DNA of 64,000 nucleotides from Laspinema olomoucense D3b (GTDB lineage: Bacteria > Cyanobacteriota > Cyanobacteriia > Cyanobacteriales > Laspinemataceae), in the NCBI RefSeq assembly GCF_025370785.1, contig NZ_JAMXFA010000001.1, positions 43,902 to 107,901 on the forward strand. Direction: 5' to 3'. The position numbers were made by a program, and so were the translations under genes. The notes under the pieces are model-generated. The model saw only the letters and a list, made by a program, of their open reading frames with translations, was not told the DNA's origin and did no database searches. Below are positions 48,474-60,006 of the stretch, piece by piece. Numbering within the stretch: the first letter of the stretch is position 1; each line of letters opens with the position of its first letter.

Positions 48474-50234
48474 ATGCCAATAGATTTCCGCAATACTAAC
48501 ACCGTTTGGGCTTCTATTTTAGCCGAAACATTCCAACGCCTCGGATTAACTACCGCTATCGTCTGTCCCGGTTCCCGTTCCACCCCTTTAACCGTAGCCT
48601 TTGCCACTCATCCGCACATTGAAGCCATCCCCATTTTAGATGAGCGATCGGCCAGTTTTTTGGCATTAGGACAAGCCAAACAAACCGGCAAACCCGTTGT
48701 CCTAGTTTGCACCTCCGGAACCGCTGGAGCAAATTTTTATCCTGCAATTATAGAAGCAAAAGAAAGCCGCGTTCCCTTATTAATTTTAACCGCAGACCGG
48801 CCCCCAGAACTGCGCGATTGCCATTCCGGTCAAACCATTGACCAAATTAAACTGTATGGACATTATCCCAACTGGCAAACGGAATTAGCCACGCCCTCTT
48901 TAGAACTAAAACAACTGCGCTATCTCCGCCAAACCCTAATTCATGCTTGGGAAAAAACCTTATTTCCCGTTCCCGGTCCCGTCCATTTGAATCTCCCGTT
49001 TCGCGATCCATTAGCCCCTTTCCCGGAACCCCAAGCCGCCGATTTAGCAGCAACCTTCCAACCCGAAGAATTCTTTACCCATCTCCCCCCATCTCCCCCA
49101 TCCCCCCTATCTCCCCCATCCCCCCCATCCCCTCTCCAACAATGGCAAAACTGCCAACGGGGAATCATCATTGCTGGCATCGCCCAACCCCAAAATCCTA
49201 GAGACTATTGTCAGGCGATCGCCCATCTTTCTAAAACCTTAAATTGGCCGGTACTTGCCGAAGGATTATCCCCCCTCCGCAATTATGCCGACCTCAACCC
49301 CTATTTAATTTCTACTTATGATTTTATCCTCAGAAATCCCATAATTGCCGAAAAACTCACCCCAGAAATGGCGATTCAAATTGGTGAATTACCCACCAGC
49401 AAAACCCTTCGCAGTTGGCTAGAAACCACTCAACCTTTAACCTTTTTAGTCACCGAGAGCGATCGCAACCTTGACCCCCTACATGGCCACACGATTCCCT
49501 TACGAATGGCGATCGACTCCCTTGCCGCCAGCTTAAATCCCATCCCCCCAAATCCTTCCCCCACCCTCTATCTACAACAATGGTGTAATTCAGAACGCCA
49601 AACCCGAGAGAAAATCGATACCACCCTATCATCCATTCCCCACCTAATTGAACCCAAAGTCGCATGGCTGATTTCTCAACATTTACCCCCAGAAACTCCC
49701 CTGTTTATTGCCAATAGTATGCCCGTCCGAGATATCGAATATTTCTGGAAACCGGGTAACCGCCATATCCGACCCTTTGTCAACCGAGGCGCAAACGGCA
49801 TTGACGGAACATTATCTACCGCCTTAGGCATCGCCCATCGCCATCAAAGTAGCGTCATGTTAACGGGAGATTTAGCCCTTTTACATGACACCAATGGATT
49901 TTTAATCCGTCAGTATTTTCAAGGACATTTAACAATAATTTTAATAAATAATAACGGCGGTGGCATTTTTGGAATGTTACCTATTGCTAAATTTGACCCC
50001 CCCTTCACCGAATTTTTTGCCACCCCCCAAAACATCAATTTTGGCCGGTTATGTGCCTGCTATGATATTGAATATCAGAGGATTGAGTCTTGGCAGCAAT
50101 TACAATCCCTGTTAAATCCTTTACCAAGTTCGGGTATTCGAGTCCTAGAGGTAAAAAGCGATCGCAACCTCGATGTTAAATGGCGACAAGACCAATTTCA
50201 ACGCTTTGCAGAAGCGATTTCATCACCCTTATAG
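48474..50234 (+). CDS. menD: SEPHCHC synthase (ThDP enzyme)
   Basis: The N-terminus has the ThDP-enzyme pyrimidine domain (VCPGSRSTPL). The C-terminus has the TPP-binding GDLALLHDTNG...NNNGGGIF. A Pro/Ser-rich insert PSPPSPLSPPSPPSP is present. Confidence 0.8.
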   Translation: MPIDFRNTNTVWASILAETFQRLGLTTAIVCPGSRSTPLTVAFATHPHIEAIPILDERSASFLALGQAKQTGKPVVLVCTSGTAGANFYPAIIEAKESRVPLLILTADRPPELRDCHSGQTIDQIKLYGHYPNWQTELATPSLELKQLRYLRQTLIHAWEKTLFPVPGPVHLNLPFRDPLAPFPEPQAADLAATFQPEEFFTHLPPSPPSPLSPPSPPSPLQQWQNCQRGIIIAGIAQPQNPRDYCQAIAHLSKTLNWPVLAEGLSPLRNYADLNPYLISTYDFILRNPIIAEKLTPEMAIQIGELPTSKTLRSWLETTQPLTFLVTESDRNLDPLHGHTIPLRMAIDSLAASLNPIPPNPSPTLYLQQWCNSERQTREKIDTTLSSIPHLIEPKVAWLISQHLPPETPLFIANSMPVRDIEYFWKPGNRHIRPFVNRGANGIDGTLSTALGIAHRHQSSVMLTGDLALLHDTNGFLIRQYFQGHLTIILINNNGGGIFGMLPIAKFDPPFTEFFATPQNINFGRLCACYDIEYQRIESWQQLQSLLNPLPSSGIRVLEVKSDRNLDVKWRQDQFQRFAEAISSPL

Positions 50235-50249
50235 AAGCTGTAGGTTGAA

Positions 50250-51437
50250 TCACCCTAGCACCTGCTCCAACACTGCCGCCAACTGTTGATATTGCTCAAA
50301 AATATTATAAATCTGAGCTGAAATTCGTATGACTCGTTGGGGCGATTTCGGCCAAGGCATCACCTGTAATTCAATCTGATGGCGATCGAACAGTTGATCA
50401 TGTAATTCGTCGGCGGATCCATCAGGAATTGGAATACAAGCCATCGATCCAATTAAGTCTGAGGGGGCCGGTATTTCGACTCCCAGAGTTTCGCAAAGCA
50501 TCTGCCTTGCGGACAAAACGAGCTGATGGTTTCTTAACATTAATTCGGCCCACCCCCCAGGCAGGAGGGACCCCATAAACTGAATAGCCGCAGGAACGGC
50601 TAAATAAGCCGAGGGGTCCCCAGTTCCGGTCCAATCAAATTCCAGTTGGAAGCGAGATTTATCAGTCCGGGGGGAATTGGCCCCATGACTGATGGTAAGG
50701 GGTCGAATTTGCTGCTGGCGATCGCCCCGAACGTACAAAAAGGCTGCCCCTTTTGGTGCAGACAACCATTTATGACAGTTGCCGCTATAGTAGGTCGCCC
50801 CAATTTCTGATAAGTTCAGAGGTAGCATCCCGGGTGCGTGTGCGCCATCAATCAGAGTATCAATCCCATATTGAGAAAGCTGCTGAATGAGTTCCTCAAT
50901 GGGAAAAATTAATCCAGTTTGGCTACTAATATGGTCTAAGAGAACGAGTTTGGTTTTTTCGGTGACCCGTCCCATGACCGCATCGACAATCTCCTGCTGG
51001 TCCGCGAGGGGGAAGGGAACTGGGGCCACCACAATTCGGGCATCAGCGCGATCGGCAACAAATTCTAAGGCGTTGCGACTGGCGTTGTACTCATGGTCCG
51101 TAGTCAGTAACTCGTCTCCGGGGTTAAACTGGAGCGATCGCAGCACAGAATTCACACCCGTTGTTGCATTGGGCACAAAAACCAAGTCCCGCCCATCTAC
51201 CCCGACAAATTGGGCTAACTGTTCCCGCGCTTGATCCAGAAGTGGCTCAAATTCGCGCACGAAAAACCTTACAGGTTCCCGTTCTAGCTGCTGCCGCACC
51301 TGTTCCTGGGCTTCTAACACCGGAAAGGGACAGGCCCCAAAAGAACCGTGATTCAAAAAAGTGATCTGCGGGTCTAGGGACCAATACGCCGAAAATTCGG
51401 TGGGTCTCGGCCCTTCTAAATTCGTGTTTTCCAACAT
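50250..51437 (-). CDS. class V aminotransferase-fold PLP enzyme (isopenicillin-N-epimerase/cysteine-desulfurase-like)
   Basis: Fold-type I blocks are present. The likely PLP lysine sits in SGNCHKWL. Confidence 0.65.
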   Translation of the reverse strand: MLENTNLEGPRPTEFSAYWSLDPQITFLNHGSFGACPFPVLEAQEQVRQQLEREPVRFFVREFEPLLDQAREQLAQFVGVDGRDLVFVPNATTGVNSVLRSLQFNPGDELLTTDHEYNASRNALEFVADRADARIVVAPVPFPLADQQEIVDAVMGRVTEKTKLVLLDHISSQTGLIFPIEELIQQLSQYGIDTLIDGAHAPGMLPLNLSEIGATYYSGNCHKWLSAPKGAAFLYVRGDRQQQIRPLTISHGANSPRTDKSRFQLEFDWTGTGDPSAYLAVPAAIQFMGSLLPGGWAELMLRNHQLVLSARQMLCETLGVEIPAPSDLIGSMACIPIPDGSADELHDQLFDRHQIELQVMPWPKSPQRVIRISAQIYNIFEQYQQLAAVLEQVLG

Positions 51438-51525
51438 AATCTTCTATATTTTTAAACCTTGAATCTGAAGAGATTAGATTGGAATTCAATCTAATCTCTT
51501 CAGTCCAAAGTCTAAAATTAATAAA

Positions 51526-51597
51526 CTCCCCGGGTAGGATTCGAACCTACGACCAATCGGTTAACAGCCGACCGCTCTACCACTGAGCTACCGAGGA
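51526..51597 (-). tRNA. tRNA-Asn: tRNA-Asn (anticodon GUU), 72 nt, no encoded CCA
   Basis: The sequence UCCUCGG-UA-GCUC-AGUGGUA-GAGC-G-GUCGG-CUGUUAA-CCGAU-UGGUC-GUAGG-UUCGAAU-CCUAC-CCGGGGA-G folds as a cloverleaf. The acceptor stem has 7 bp with one G-U pair. The T-loop is UUCGAAU and the discriminator base is G. Confidence 0.85.
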
Positions 51598-51766
51598 ACG
51601 TTTCGGTTTGCTTGGCTCACCGTTATTAATAATACACATACCTTTCGGATTTTGGCAACCCCTTTTCCAAAAATTTTTGATTTTTTTTTGAACGTGGGGA
51701 TTTATTCTGATTGGGTATAGGTGGCGATCGCCTCTCAAGTCAACGGGCCATAGAGTTTTGACCCCC

Positions 51767-52312
51767 CTACAAACCCCGTCGCAACTGAGCGAGTCGCTGT
51801 TGGGCTTCCGCATCCAGTCCCGAGACCAGAAACCGGCTAGAGGGTTGGTTGCGGGTTTTCTGTTTACTCCGGCAACGGCGTTCCGTCGCTTCTATCGATT
51901 GGGCGAACTGAAGCGCTGACATCCATTCGGCCCCATATCCTAAAACCGTTTGCTGTTGAGCCCGATCAGAGGTCGCCACAATTAACCGGCGATGGAGGTT
52001 TCCCAAATTTCGCCGAAAGGTGGCACAGGTTTTTTCAATATAGGTATCTGCGGTTTGCCCAAAGTCGGTGTAGCAGACGGATAAACTTTTCGATATGACT
52101 TCGGTATAGCTTGGCTCATGCCGAGAATGAGCATCAAAAACCACCAGAGTATCTAATCCTTCAAAGGCGCTGTAGTTGATCAGCGACTCGATTAGTTCTC
52201 GGCGGGATGCTTCTAACCCGTCCAAGTCTCGCTTGGTTTTGAGCTTCGACCATAGTCCTATGATGTTGTATCCATCCACGAGCAATAAAGGTCGCGCTGA
52301 GGAGCGTGGCAT
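51767..52312 (-). CDS. NYN/YacP-like nuclease-domain protein
   Basis: LLLVDGYNIIG is the YacP/NYN PIN-like start, and an LVVFD acidic residue follows. Confidence 0.55.
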   Translation of the reverse strand: MPRSSARPLLLVDGYNIIGLWSKLKTKRDLDGLEASRRELIESLINYSAFEGLDTLVVFDAHSRHEPSYTEVISKSLSVCYTDFGQTADTYIEKTCATFRRNLGNLHRRLIVATSDRAQQQTVLGYGAEWMSALQFAQSIEATERRCRSKQKTRNQPSSRFLVSGLDAEAQQRLAQLRRGL

Positions 52313-52503
52313 GGCGTTATCTTTACATTTGTTTACTATTTACTCAGAATCAGACTAGGTGCTTCGCATTTTATCATTTTTTGTCCTAATCCAAACTTAA
52401 ATTTAGTTTAAAATTTTAAAACTAAACTAACGCCAAGCATAACAATATCTTTCCAAGGGGAAAGGACCGCGACTCCTAAAAGTAGCAGTCACGGCCCTCG
52501 GTA

Positions 52504-53202
52504 TCACTCTAAGTCCTCAGATTCCATCAACCGTTGGATCAGAGGCTGTGGATTTCCCTGCGCGACCATCCGACCCCGCTCCAGCAGGAAAGCCCCATCG
52601 CAATAGGCTAATTCCTCAAAACGATGGGTGACCCACAGCGCCGTTAAACCTCGGCTTTTGACCAACCGTTGGACTTGAGCCACCAGGTCTAACTGACTGT
52701 CTGGGTCTAGTAAAGCGGTTGGCTCATCTAACAGCAGAACCTCGCAATGGCGGGCGATCGCCCCAGCAATAGCCACCCGCTGCTTTTGACCTCCACTCAG
52801 AGCATAGATCGGACGTCGTTGCAGAGCGAGTAAGTTGACCGCTGTGAGGGCTTCTTCCACGCGATGGCGAGTTTGAGCCAGGGTGAGATTTTCCTCCACC
52901 AACCCAAAGGCGACATCGGCTCCGACTGTGGGCATCACTAACTGATGATCCGGGTTTTGGAACACGAACCCCACCGGACGAGAAATGGAAATTTGACCAT
53001 CCCGAGGGGTGAGCAAACCAGCCAGTAACCGGAGTAACGTGGATTTTCCACTGCCATTGGTCCCCAAGAGCATCCAAAATTCGCCCTGGGGAACTGCCAA
53101 GGAGCAGGATTTTAAAACCTCTGTTCCAGAGGGCCAGTTAAAGCAGAGGTCCTGCACAACGATCGCCCCAGGGCGATCGTCACTGGGAGACTGGGGGTTC
53201 AT
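52504..53202 (-). CDS. ABC transporter ATP-binding protein (ECF/CbiO-like)
   Basis: Walker A is GTNGSGKST. The ABC signature is LSGGQKQRVAIA. Walker B is LLLDEPT. Confidence 0.7.
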   Translation of the reverse strand: MNPQSPSDDRPGAIVVQDLCFNWPSGTEVLKSCSLAVPQGEFWMLLGTNGSGKSTLLRLLAGLLTPRDGQISISRPVGFVFQNPDHQLVMPTVGADVAFGLVEENLTLAQTRHRVEEALTAVNLLALQRRPIYALSGGQKQRVAIAGAIARHCEVLLLDEPTALLDPDSQLDLVAQVQRLVKSRGLTALWVTHRFEELAYCDGAFLLERGRMVAQGNPQPLIQRLMESEDLE

Positions 53203-53489
53203 TGACTCAGGGATTCCACCAACGCTGCAAATCCAGGCGCTTTGCCTGCCGCCGCCGCACCAGACTTTTCAGAGATTTGCACCGCTGTGAGCTGATTAAT
53301 AAAGACGGCGATTTTTTTCTCGGGCATTTTCTCGCAGGTGAGTTCCAAAATCTCAGAACTCCCTGAGCGCATCGCTCCGACCACCTGCTGGTAGAGGGTC
53401 TCGGCATCTTCGATAGTCTTCCGTTGCACCGATAGAGGTAAAGGGGTGTGTTTCAGGGTTAAGTCAATCGTAAACATGATTTGTGGCAA
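53199..53489 (-). CDS. hypothetical small protein, translationally coupled to the ABC ATPase
   Basis: A 96-aa ORF whose stop overlaps the downstream start. No family is recognisable. Confidence 0.3.
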   Translation of the reverse strand: MPQIMFTIDLTLKHTPLPLSVQRKTIEDAETLYQQVVGAMRSGSSEILELTCEKMPEKKIAVFINQLTAVQISEKSGAAAAGKAPGFAALVESLSQ

Positions 53490-53911
53490 AGTTCATTGGA
53501 CCGCACCTTTCTAGTATCCCAAAATCTCAGCATTCCGGGGATGTCTGGAAATGAACGACCCAAATTAACTGGCGATCGCCCCCCTATCCCTGCCCGGTTT
53601 CTGCTCACTGTGGCCCTCCCCAAGGCCAAACCCAGGGAATCAAGTGGGCTGCTGGCATCACCCGTTCTAGAGAAAAGTCCCCTCCGTGAGCCCCACCCCC
53701 ACCTCCAAACCCATAGCGTCACTCTTCATAAAATTTTTAGATGAAAGGGTTTAAAAATTTTCAGGTTTCCCCCTATAATGAGAAACATAGTAAAGAAACG
53801 TAAACTCTTGAACCGCGATCGCCCATTTTCTGCTATGGCTGGCAGAAACCCAGGACGAAAACGCTCATAAAGAGTTAAGCGTAGTCATATTTAATTTGGA
53901 GATTTTGCGTT

Positions 53912-54970
53912 ATGACGATTGCAGTCGGACGCGCACAGGCAGAGCGGGGATGGTTTGACGTCCTCGACGACTGGCTAAAACGCGATCGCTTCGTCTTTAT
54001 CGGTTGGTCTGGCCTATTACTCTTCCCCTGCGCCTACCTCGCAGTGGGAGGCTGGCTGACCGGCACCACCTTCGTCACCTCTTGGTACACCCACGGATTG
54101 GCCTCCTCCTACTTAGAAGGTTGCAACTTCCTCACCGTGGCTGTTTCTACTCCCCCCAACAGTCTGGGACATTCCCTACTGTTCCTCTGGGGTCCTGAAG
54201 CTCAAGGGGACTTCACCCGGTGGTGTCAACTTGGCGGTCTGTGGACCTTCGTCGCCCTACATGGGGCCTTTGGTCTGATTGGCTTCTGCCTGCGTCAGTT
54301 GGAAATTGCCCGCTTGCTCGGGATCCGTCCCTACAACGGACTCGCCTTTACCGGACCCATTGCGGTGTTCGTCAGCGTGTTCTTGATTTACCCCTTGGGT
54401 CAATCTGGCTGGTTCTTTGCTCCGAGCTTTGGCGTCGCGGCTATCTTCCGCTTCCTGTTGTTTTTCCAAGGGTTCCATAACTGGACCCTCAACCCCTTCC
54501 ACATGATGGGAGTGGCTGGTATCCTCGGTGGTGCACTGCTGTGCGCCATTCACGGAGCCACCGTGGAAAACACCCTGTTTGAAGATGGCGAAGGTTCTAA
54601 CACCTTCCGCGCCTTTGAACCGACTCAGGCGGAAGAAACCTACTCGATGGTTACCGCTAACCGTTTTTGGTCCCAAATTTTTGGGGTCGCTTTCTCCAAC
54701 AAGCGCTGGTTACACTTCTTTATGTTGTTCGTCCCAGTCACCGGCTTGTGGATGAGCGCGATCGGGGTCGTTGGCTTAGGTTTAAACCTACGTGCCTATG
54801 ACTTTGTTTCTCAAGAACTGCGGGCTGCTGAAGACCCGGAATTTGAAACCTTCTACACCAAGAATATTCTTCTGAATGAAGGGATTCGGGCTTGGATGGC
54901 TCCCGTGGACCAGCCTCACGAAAACTTCGAGTTCCCTGAAGAAGTTCTACCTCGCGGTAACGCTCTGTAG
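53912..54970 (+). CDS. psbD: photosystem II D2 protein
   Basis: This is a full-length D2 sequence, [42 protein letters not shown]...[10 protein letters not shown]. Confidence 0.95.
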   Translation: MTIAVGRAQAERGWFDVLDDWLKRDRFVFIGWSGLLLFPCAYLAVGGWLTGTTFVTSWYTHGLASSYLEGCNFLTVAVSTPPNSLGHSLLFLWGPEAQGDFTRWCQLGGLWTFVALHGAFGLIGFCLRQLEIARLLGIRPYNGLAFTGPIAVFVSVFLIYPLGQSGWFFAPSFGVAAIFRFLLFFQGFHNWTLNPFHMMGVAGILGGALLCAIHGATVENTLFEDGEGSNTFRAFEPTQAEETYSMVTANRFWSQIFGVAFSNKRWLHFFMLFVPVTGLWMSAIGVVGLGLNLRAYDFVSQELRAAEDPEFETFYTKNILLNEGIRAWMAPVDQPHENFEFPEEVLPRGNAL

Positions 54971-55081
54971 AAAATTTAATTGCAGATTTTTGATTTTGGA
55001 TTGGATTTAATTCCCCTCTAAAACCTAAAATCTAAACAAGCGATATCATCTGTTGTCGATCGCAAAAAGAGGTTCTCATCC

Positions 55082-56467
55082 GTGCAAACATCTTTCAATA
55101 GTTCGATGGTCATGGGCGGACGTGACCAAGAAACCTCCGGGTTTGCCTGGTGGTCTGGAAACGCCCGTCTGATCAACTTATCCGGGAAACTGCTGGGCGC
55201 TCACGTTGCTCACGCTGGATTGATTGTCTTCTGGGCTGGAGCGATGACTTTATTTGAAGTCGGTCACTTCATTCCTGAAAAGCCCATGTATGAGCAAGGC
55301 TTAATCCTTCTGCCTCACCTGGGTACCCTGGGCTGGGGTGTAGGTCCGGGCGGAGAAGTCATCGATACTTTCCCCTACTTTGTTATTGGTGTTCTGCACC
55401 TGATTTCTTCTGCCGTTCTCGGTCTCGGTGGTATCTACCACGCCGTTCGCGGACCGGAAACCCTGGAAGAATACTCTTCTTTCTTCGGGTATGACTGGCG
55501 CGACAAGAACAAGATGACCACCATCTTGGGCTTCCACCTGATCGTTCTGGGATTGGGTGCCCTGTTGCTAGTGCTCAAAGCCATGTTCTTTGGTGGGGTG
55601 TATGACACCTGGGCACCCGGTGGCGGTGACGTGCGGGTGATTACGAACCCAACTCTGAACCCCGCTGTGATCTTCGGTTATCTAGCCCGGTCTCCCTTCG
55701 GTGGCGAAGGCTGGCTGATCGGTGTCGATAACATGGAAGACATCATCGGCGGTCATATTTGGGTTGGCTTTACGTGCATTATTGGCGGTGTTTGGCACAT
55801 CCTCACCAAGCCTTTTGGTTGGGTGCGTCGCGCCTTCATCTGGTCTGGAGAAGCTTATCTGTCCTACAGCTTAGGTGCTCTGTCCTTAATGGGCTTTGTA
55901 GCTGCTTCCTTCGTTTGGTTTAACAACACTGCTTATCCCAGCGAATTTTACGGCCCCACCAACGCTGAATCTTCTCAGGCTCAAGCCTTCACTTTCTTGG
56001 TTCGTGACCAACGCTTAGGTGCCAACATCGGTACTGCTCAAGGCCCCACGGGTCTGGGTAAATACCTGATGCGCTCTCCTACTGGGGAAATCATCTTCGG
56101 TGGTGAAACCATGCGCTTCTGGGATTTCCGTGGCCCCTGGTTGGAACCCCTCCGTGGACCGAATGGCTTGGATCTGCGTAAGCTGAAAAATGACATTCAA
56201 CCCTGGCAAATCCGTCGGGCTGCTGAGTATATGACTCACGCTCCTAACGGTTCCATCAACTCTGTGGGTGGGATTATCACTGAAGCTAACGGCTTCAACT
56301 ATGTGAATCCCCGCGCTTGGTTGGCTGGTTCTCACTTCATCTTGGCCTTCTTCTTCTTAGTGGGTCACCTGTGGCACGCTGGACGCGCTCGCGCCGCTGC
56401 TGCTGGATTTGAACGCGGTATCGACCGTGAAGATGAGCCAGTGTTGGCCATGACTGAACTCGATTAA
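55082..56467 (+). CDS. psbC: photosystem II CP43 protein (GTG start)
   Basis: [48 protein letters not shown]... is canonical CP43. A GTG start codon is classical for psbC. Confidence 0.95.
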   Translation: MQTSFNSSMVMGGRDQETSGFAWWSGNARLINLSGKLLGAHVAHAGLIVFWAGAMTLFEVGHFIPEKPMYEQGLILLPHLGTLGWGVGPGGEVIDTFPYFVIGVLHLISSAVLGLGGIYHAVRGPETLEEYSSFFGYDWRDKNKMTTILGFHLIVLGLGALLLVLKAMFFGGVYDTWAPGGGDVRVITNPTLNPAVIFGYLARSPFGGEGWLIGVDNMEDIIGGHIWVGFTCIIGGVWHILTKPFGWVRRAFIWSGEAYLSYSLGALSLMGFVAASFVWFNNTAYPSEFYGPTNAESSQAQAFTFLVRDQRLGANIGTAQGPTGLGKYLMRSPTGEIIFGGETMRFWDFRGPWLEPLRGPNGLDLRKLKNDIQPWQIRRAAEYMTHAPNGSINSVGGIITEANGFNYVNPRAWLAGSHFILAFFFLVGHLWHAGRARAAAAGFERGIDREDEPVLAMTELD

Positions 56468-56516
56468 TTTCTTCTGAATTGAAGGAATGAATTTCGAGTA
56501 ATCAGTTCATCATTAA

Positions 56517-56546
56517 AGGCTCCTGCATAAAGCAGGAGCTTTTTTG
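56517..56546 (+). terminator. rho-independent terminator of psbDC
   Basis: The hairpin AGGCTCCTGC-ataa-GCAGGAGCTT is followed by TTTTTTG. Confidence 0.7.
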
Positions 56547-56666
56547 TTAGGAAGATAGTTTTAAAGTGTTAGAGAAGTGGGATTTGCTATTACAATAAAA
56601 TAAATGGCACTGCTGTAGATTTACAGATTGCCATTTAAAAATTTAACATTTAACCGGATATTATTT

Positions 56667-56852
56667 ATGTCTAATTCTGATTTATTTGATGACCTGGAAT
56701 GGACGGAAGAAGCGAAAGTTAAGCTCAAGAATATTCCCTATTTCGTGCGATCGCAGGCAAGACAGCGAATCATCCAGTTGGCGCGAGAAGCCGAACTGGA
56801 TGTCGTGACGCCGGAGATTGTGGAAAAGGCGCGGGTGGAATTTGGTCAATGA
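56667..56852 (+). CDS. small PCP_red-domain protein (ChlB C-terminal-like domain)
   Basis: [48 protein letters not shown] matches the roughly 45-aa domain found at the C-terminus of protochlorophyllide reductase ChlB and in standalone cyanobacterial proteins. The ORF track begins at 56628. Confidence 0.45.
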   Translation: MSNSDLFDDLEWTEEAKVKLKNIPYFVRSQARQRIIQLAREAELDVVTPEIVEKARVEFGQ

Positions 56853-59800
56853 AGGATGGTGTTAGGGTTTTTCCATCCGGACTCGATATCCACCATTGCT
56901 GGTTTGGTTTGACGCATTAATCGTTTCCCAAATTGGGCATAAAGCGCCGGAATTACTAACAGCGTTAAGGCGGTAGAGGTGAATAAGCCCCCTAAAACCA
57001 CAATGGCTAAGGGTTGTAAAATTTCATTCCCTGCGCCGGTGGCGATCGCCAAGGGAAACATTCCCAAGGCAGAGGTTAAAGCGGTCATCAAAATGGCATT
57101 CACTCGGTCGAGGGAACCGTTGATAATCACCTCTTTCAAAGGCATTCCCTCAGCAAATTTTGTGTTGTAATTATCCACCAGTAACAACCCATTGCGGACT
57201 GCTACTCCAAATAGGGTAATAAATCCAATCAGGGAGGCAATGGAAATTACGCCGCCGGTTAAGGCAATGGAGATGATTCCCCCGACTAAGGCTAAGGGTA
57301 AATTCAGCATAATTGCGATGGTTGCCGGGAGCGATTTAACGGAGAAAAACATCAGGATAGCAATCGCGACTGCTGCTAAAAGGCTAAACCACAATAAGCT
57401 ATTACTCGCCCGTTGTTCTGATTCAAATTGTCCGCCATATTGGATAAAATATCCCTGGGGTAAGGTCACTTTTTCCCGAATTTGCTCTTGAATATCGCCG
57501 ACGACACTGCCTAAATCTCGATTTGCCACATTCGCCGAAACTACAATTAGCCGAGAGACATTTTCCCGATTGACTACATTTGCTCCCATGCCATAACTTA
57601 AACGGGCAACATTTCGGAGGGGAATTGTCTCTCCCGTTGGGGTAGAAATGGGAATTGCGCCCATTGCATCTAAGCTGTTGCGCCCCGTCTCAGTCAGGGT
57701 GATAAAAATATCAATCAGTTGTTGATTTTCTGGCACTTGAGAAACAACTCGACCATTGAGGGCAGTTTCCACAACTTCTGACAATTGTTCCATTGTTAAA
57801 CCATAAGTTGCGGCAGCTTGCCGGTTGTATTCAATTTGGACTTGGCGAATGGGAAGTTGCGGTTCTAGTTGCAAATCAACTACCCCAGAAATCGGGGCGA
57901 TCGCATCTCGAACTTGTTCACCAATGCGGCGCAGTTCCTTTAAATCTGGACCAAAAATTTTGACGGCGATCGCACTTCTGACTCCCGAGAGGACTTCATC
58001 CATGCGGTGAGAAATAAATCCGCCAATATTAGGCGCAACACCCGGTAATTTTAAAAAACTTTCGCGCAGTTGTTGAACACTGGTTTCTCGGTCTTTTAAC
58101 GCTAAATCACTGAGTTCTACATCGACATGAGCCATGCTTACCCCCGCGCCATCGGCATCCCCGGGAGTCCGTCCGGCGCGAACTTGTACCCAGTCATAAA
58201 GGGGATTGTTTTGCAGGGATTTGGATAGGGCGATACCGGCGCGATGGGTCATATCTAGGGAAACTCCGGGATATAAAACCATTGAGTTAACCATTGATTT
58301 TTCCCGAAATTCCGGTAGGAAAACTTGTCCCAAGGAGGGGACAATCGCCAGGGTTGCTACTAAACTCGCGAGGGCGATCGCTAGAATAATTTGGGGGGCG
58401 CGTAAGGATAGATTCAGCAACGGGCGATACAATCTTTCCGCTAATCGGGAAACAAAAGTCCCTTCCTGGGGAAGGGTTTGATTCGCTAACAGAATGGCGC
58501 AAAGGGCCGGGGAAAGGGTCATGGCGACCAGGGTTGAGGCGGCGATCGAGAGTAAATAAGCCAACCCCATTGGCACAAAAATCCGTCCTTCCACCCCCGT
58601 TAAACTAAAAATAGGCGCAAAGACAACAATGATAATCACTGTGGAGAAAACCACCGCCAGTCGGACTTCAACGGAGGTATCATAAACCACTTGAAAGGGA
58701 TGTTTCGGATTACCTTGCGCTTGATTCGTGCGGAGTCCCCGATAGCAGTTTTCCATATCAACAATGGAATCATCTACGACGGAACCAATGGCAACGACTA
58801 ATCCTCCCAACGTCATGGTATTAATGCCCAAGCCCAAGGCTTTCATGAACAATAAGCCAATGACTAATGAGAGGGGAATGGCACTTAAGGTAATCACTGC
58901 CGTGCGCCAATTCATCAAAAATAGCAGCATAATCACGGAGACAATGATAATGCCTTGAATCAGAGAACCGCTAACATTACTAATCGCGGAATCAATAAAA
59001 TTCGATTGGCGAAAAGTGCGGGCAATTTGGATATCGGCGGGAAAGGTTTCCTGGAGCGATCGCATCCGGGATTCTACTGCTTTGGTGACCGTGGGAGTAT
59101 CGACATTAGGCTGTTTATTAATCATCATCACCACAGCCGATTCTCCGTTAAAACTAGCATCGCCCCGTTTTAGGGCTGCTCCAGTTTTCACCTCTGCCAC
59201 ATCTTTAAGTAAAATCGGGGAGCCTTCTTGGACTTTGACTACCGATTGCTGTAAGTCTTCGATGGATTTAATCTGACCGATTCCTCGGACTAATAATTCT
59301 TGACCTCCACCAATCAAAAACCCACCCGGGGCATTGGAATTAGCGCCTCTAGCCGCTTGAGCAACTTCCGTTAAAGACACATTCAGCGATCGCAATTTTG
59401 CCGGATCAACGAGCACTTGTTCCTGCCGTTCGTCACCGCCATACACCGTAATTTGGGTTACCCCGGGAACCGATAAAAGTTGCTGGGTGAGGGTAGTATC
59501 CACGAAATGCCGGAGGTCCATTAAGGAAGTTTCCCCTCCTTCCGTGACGGTAAATGCATATTGCAAAATCGTCGCTAAGGGGGAAGCTAGGGGGGAAATT
59601 TCAGGGGGATGTGCCCCTGCCGGAAGTTGATTGGTAATCTGTTGAATTCGTTCAGTAACCGCTTGCCTTGCCTTATAAATATCGGCTTGGGAGTCAAATA
59701 CCACTTGAACCATTGAGAGTCCAACTTTGGAGGACGATCGCACCGTGGTGACTCCCGGTAAACCATTAACCGCGCTTTCAATGGGAACCGTAATTTGCGA

Positions 59801-59998
59801 TTCCACCTCCTCTGGTGCCAATCCCGCTGCTTGAGTTTGAATATCAACTTGAGGCGGTGCAAATTCGGGAAAAACATCCAAAGGCATTTGGGTAATGCTG
59901 AAGATTCCCCAAATGGTAATACAGATAGCACTAACAACGATTAACCACCGTTGAGCAATGGAGTTTTTGAGGGTAAGATTGAGAAGTGAATTTAACAT
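56846..59998 (-). CDS. RND efflux permease (CusA/CzcA heavy-metal-efflux-like)
   Basis: A roughly 1,050-aa protein with 12 TM helices and two large periplasmic loops in the RND architecture. Its neighbour is a CopRS/CusRS-like two-component system. Confidence 0.8.
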   Translation of the reverse strand: MLNSLLNLTLKNSIAQRWLIVVSAICITIWGIFSITQMPLDVFPEFAPPQVDIQTQAAGLAPEEVESQITVPIESAVNGLPGVTTVRSSSKVGLSMVQVVFDSQADIYKARQAVTERIQQITNQLPAGAHPPEISPLASPLATILQYAFTVTEGGETSLMDLRHFVDTTLTQQLLSVPGVTQITVYGGDERQEQVLVDPAKLRSLNVSLTEVAQAARGANSNAPGGFLIGGGQELLVRGIGQIKSIEDLQQSVVKVQEGSPILLKDVAEVKTGAALKRGDASFNGESAVVMMINKQPNVDTPTVTKAVESRMRSLQETFPADIQIARTFRQSNFIDSAISNVSGSLIQGIIIVSVIMLLFLMNWRTAVITLSAIPLSLVIGLLFMKALGLGINTMTLGGLVVAIGSVVDDSIVDMENCYRGLRTNQAQGNPKHPFQVVYDTSVEVRLAVVFSTVIIIVVFAPIFSLTGVEGRIFVPMGLAYLLSIAASTLVAMTLSPALCAILLANQTLPQEGTFVSRLAERLYRPLLNLSLRAPQIILAIALASLVATLAIVPSLGQVFLPEFREKSMVNSMVLYPGVSLDMTHRAGIALSKSLQNNPLYDWVQVRAGRTPGDADGAGVSMAHVDVELSDLALKDRETSVQQLRESFLKLPGVAPNIGGFISHRMDEVLSGVRSAIAVKIFGPDLKELRRIGEQVRDAIAPISGVVDLQLEPQLPIRQVQIEYNRQAAATYGLTMEQLSEVVETALNGRVVSQVPENQQLIDIFITLTETGRNSLDAMGAIPISTPTGETIPLRNVARLSYGMGANVVNRENVSRLIVVSANVANRDLGSVVGDIQEQIREKVTLPQGYFIQYGGQFESEQRASNSLLWFSLLAAVAIAILMFFSVKSLPATIAIMLNLPLALVGGIISIALTGGVISIASLIGFITLFGVAVRNGLLLVDNYNTKFAEGMPLKEVIINGSLDRVNAILMTALTSALGMFPLAIATGAGNEILQPLAIVVLGGLFTSTALTLLVIPALYAQFGKRLMRQTKPAMVDIESGWKNPNTILH

Positions 59999-60006
59999 CT
60001 GCCTAC

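Noticed and set aside
48941-49201. ORFs of 79 and 84 aa overlapping the menD Pro-rich repeat
   Set aside because: They are artefacts of the low-complexity CCCCATC repeat read in other frames.
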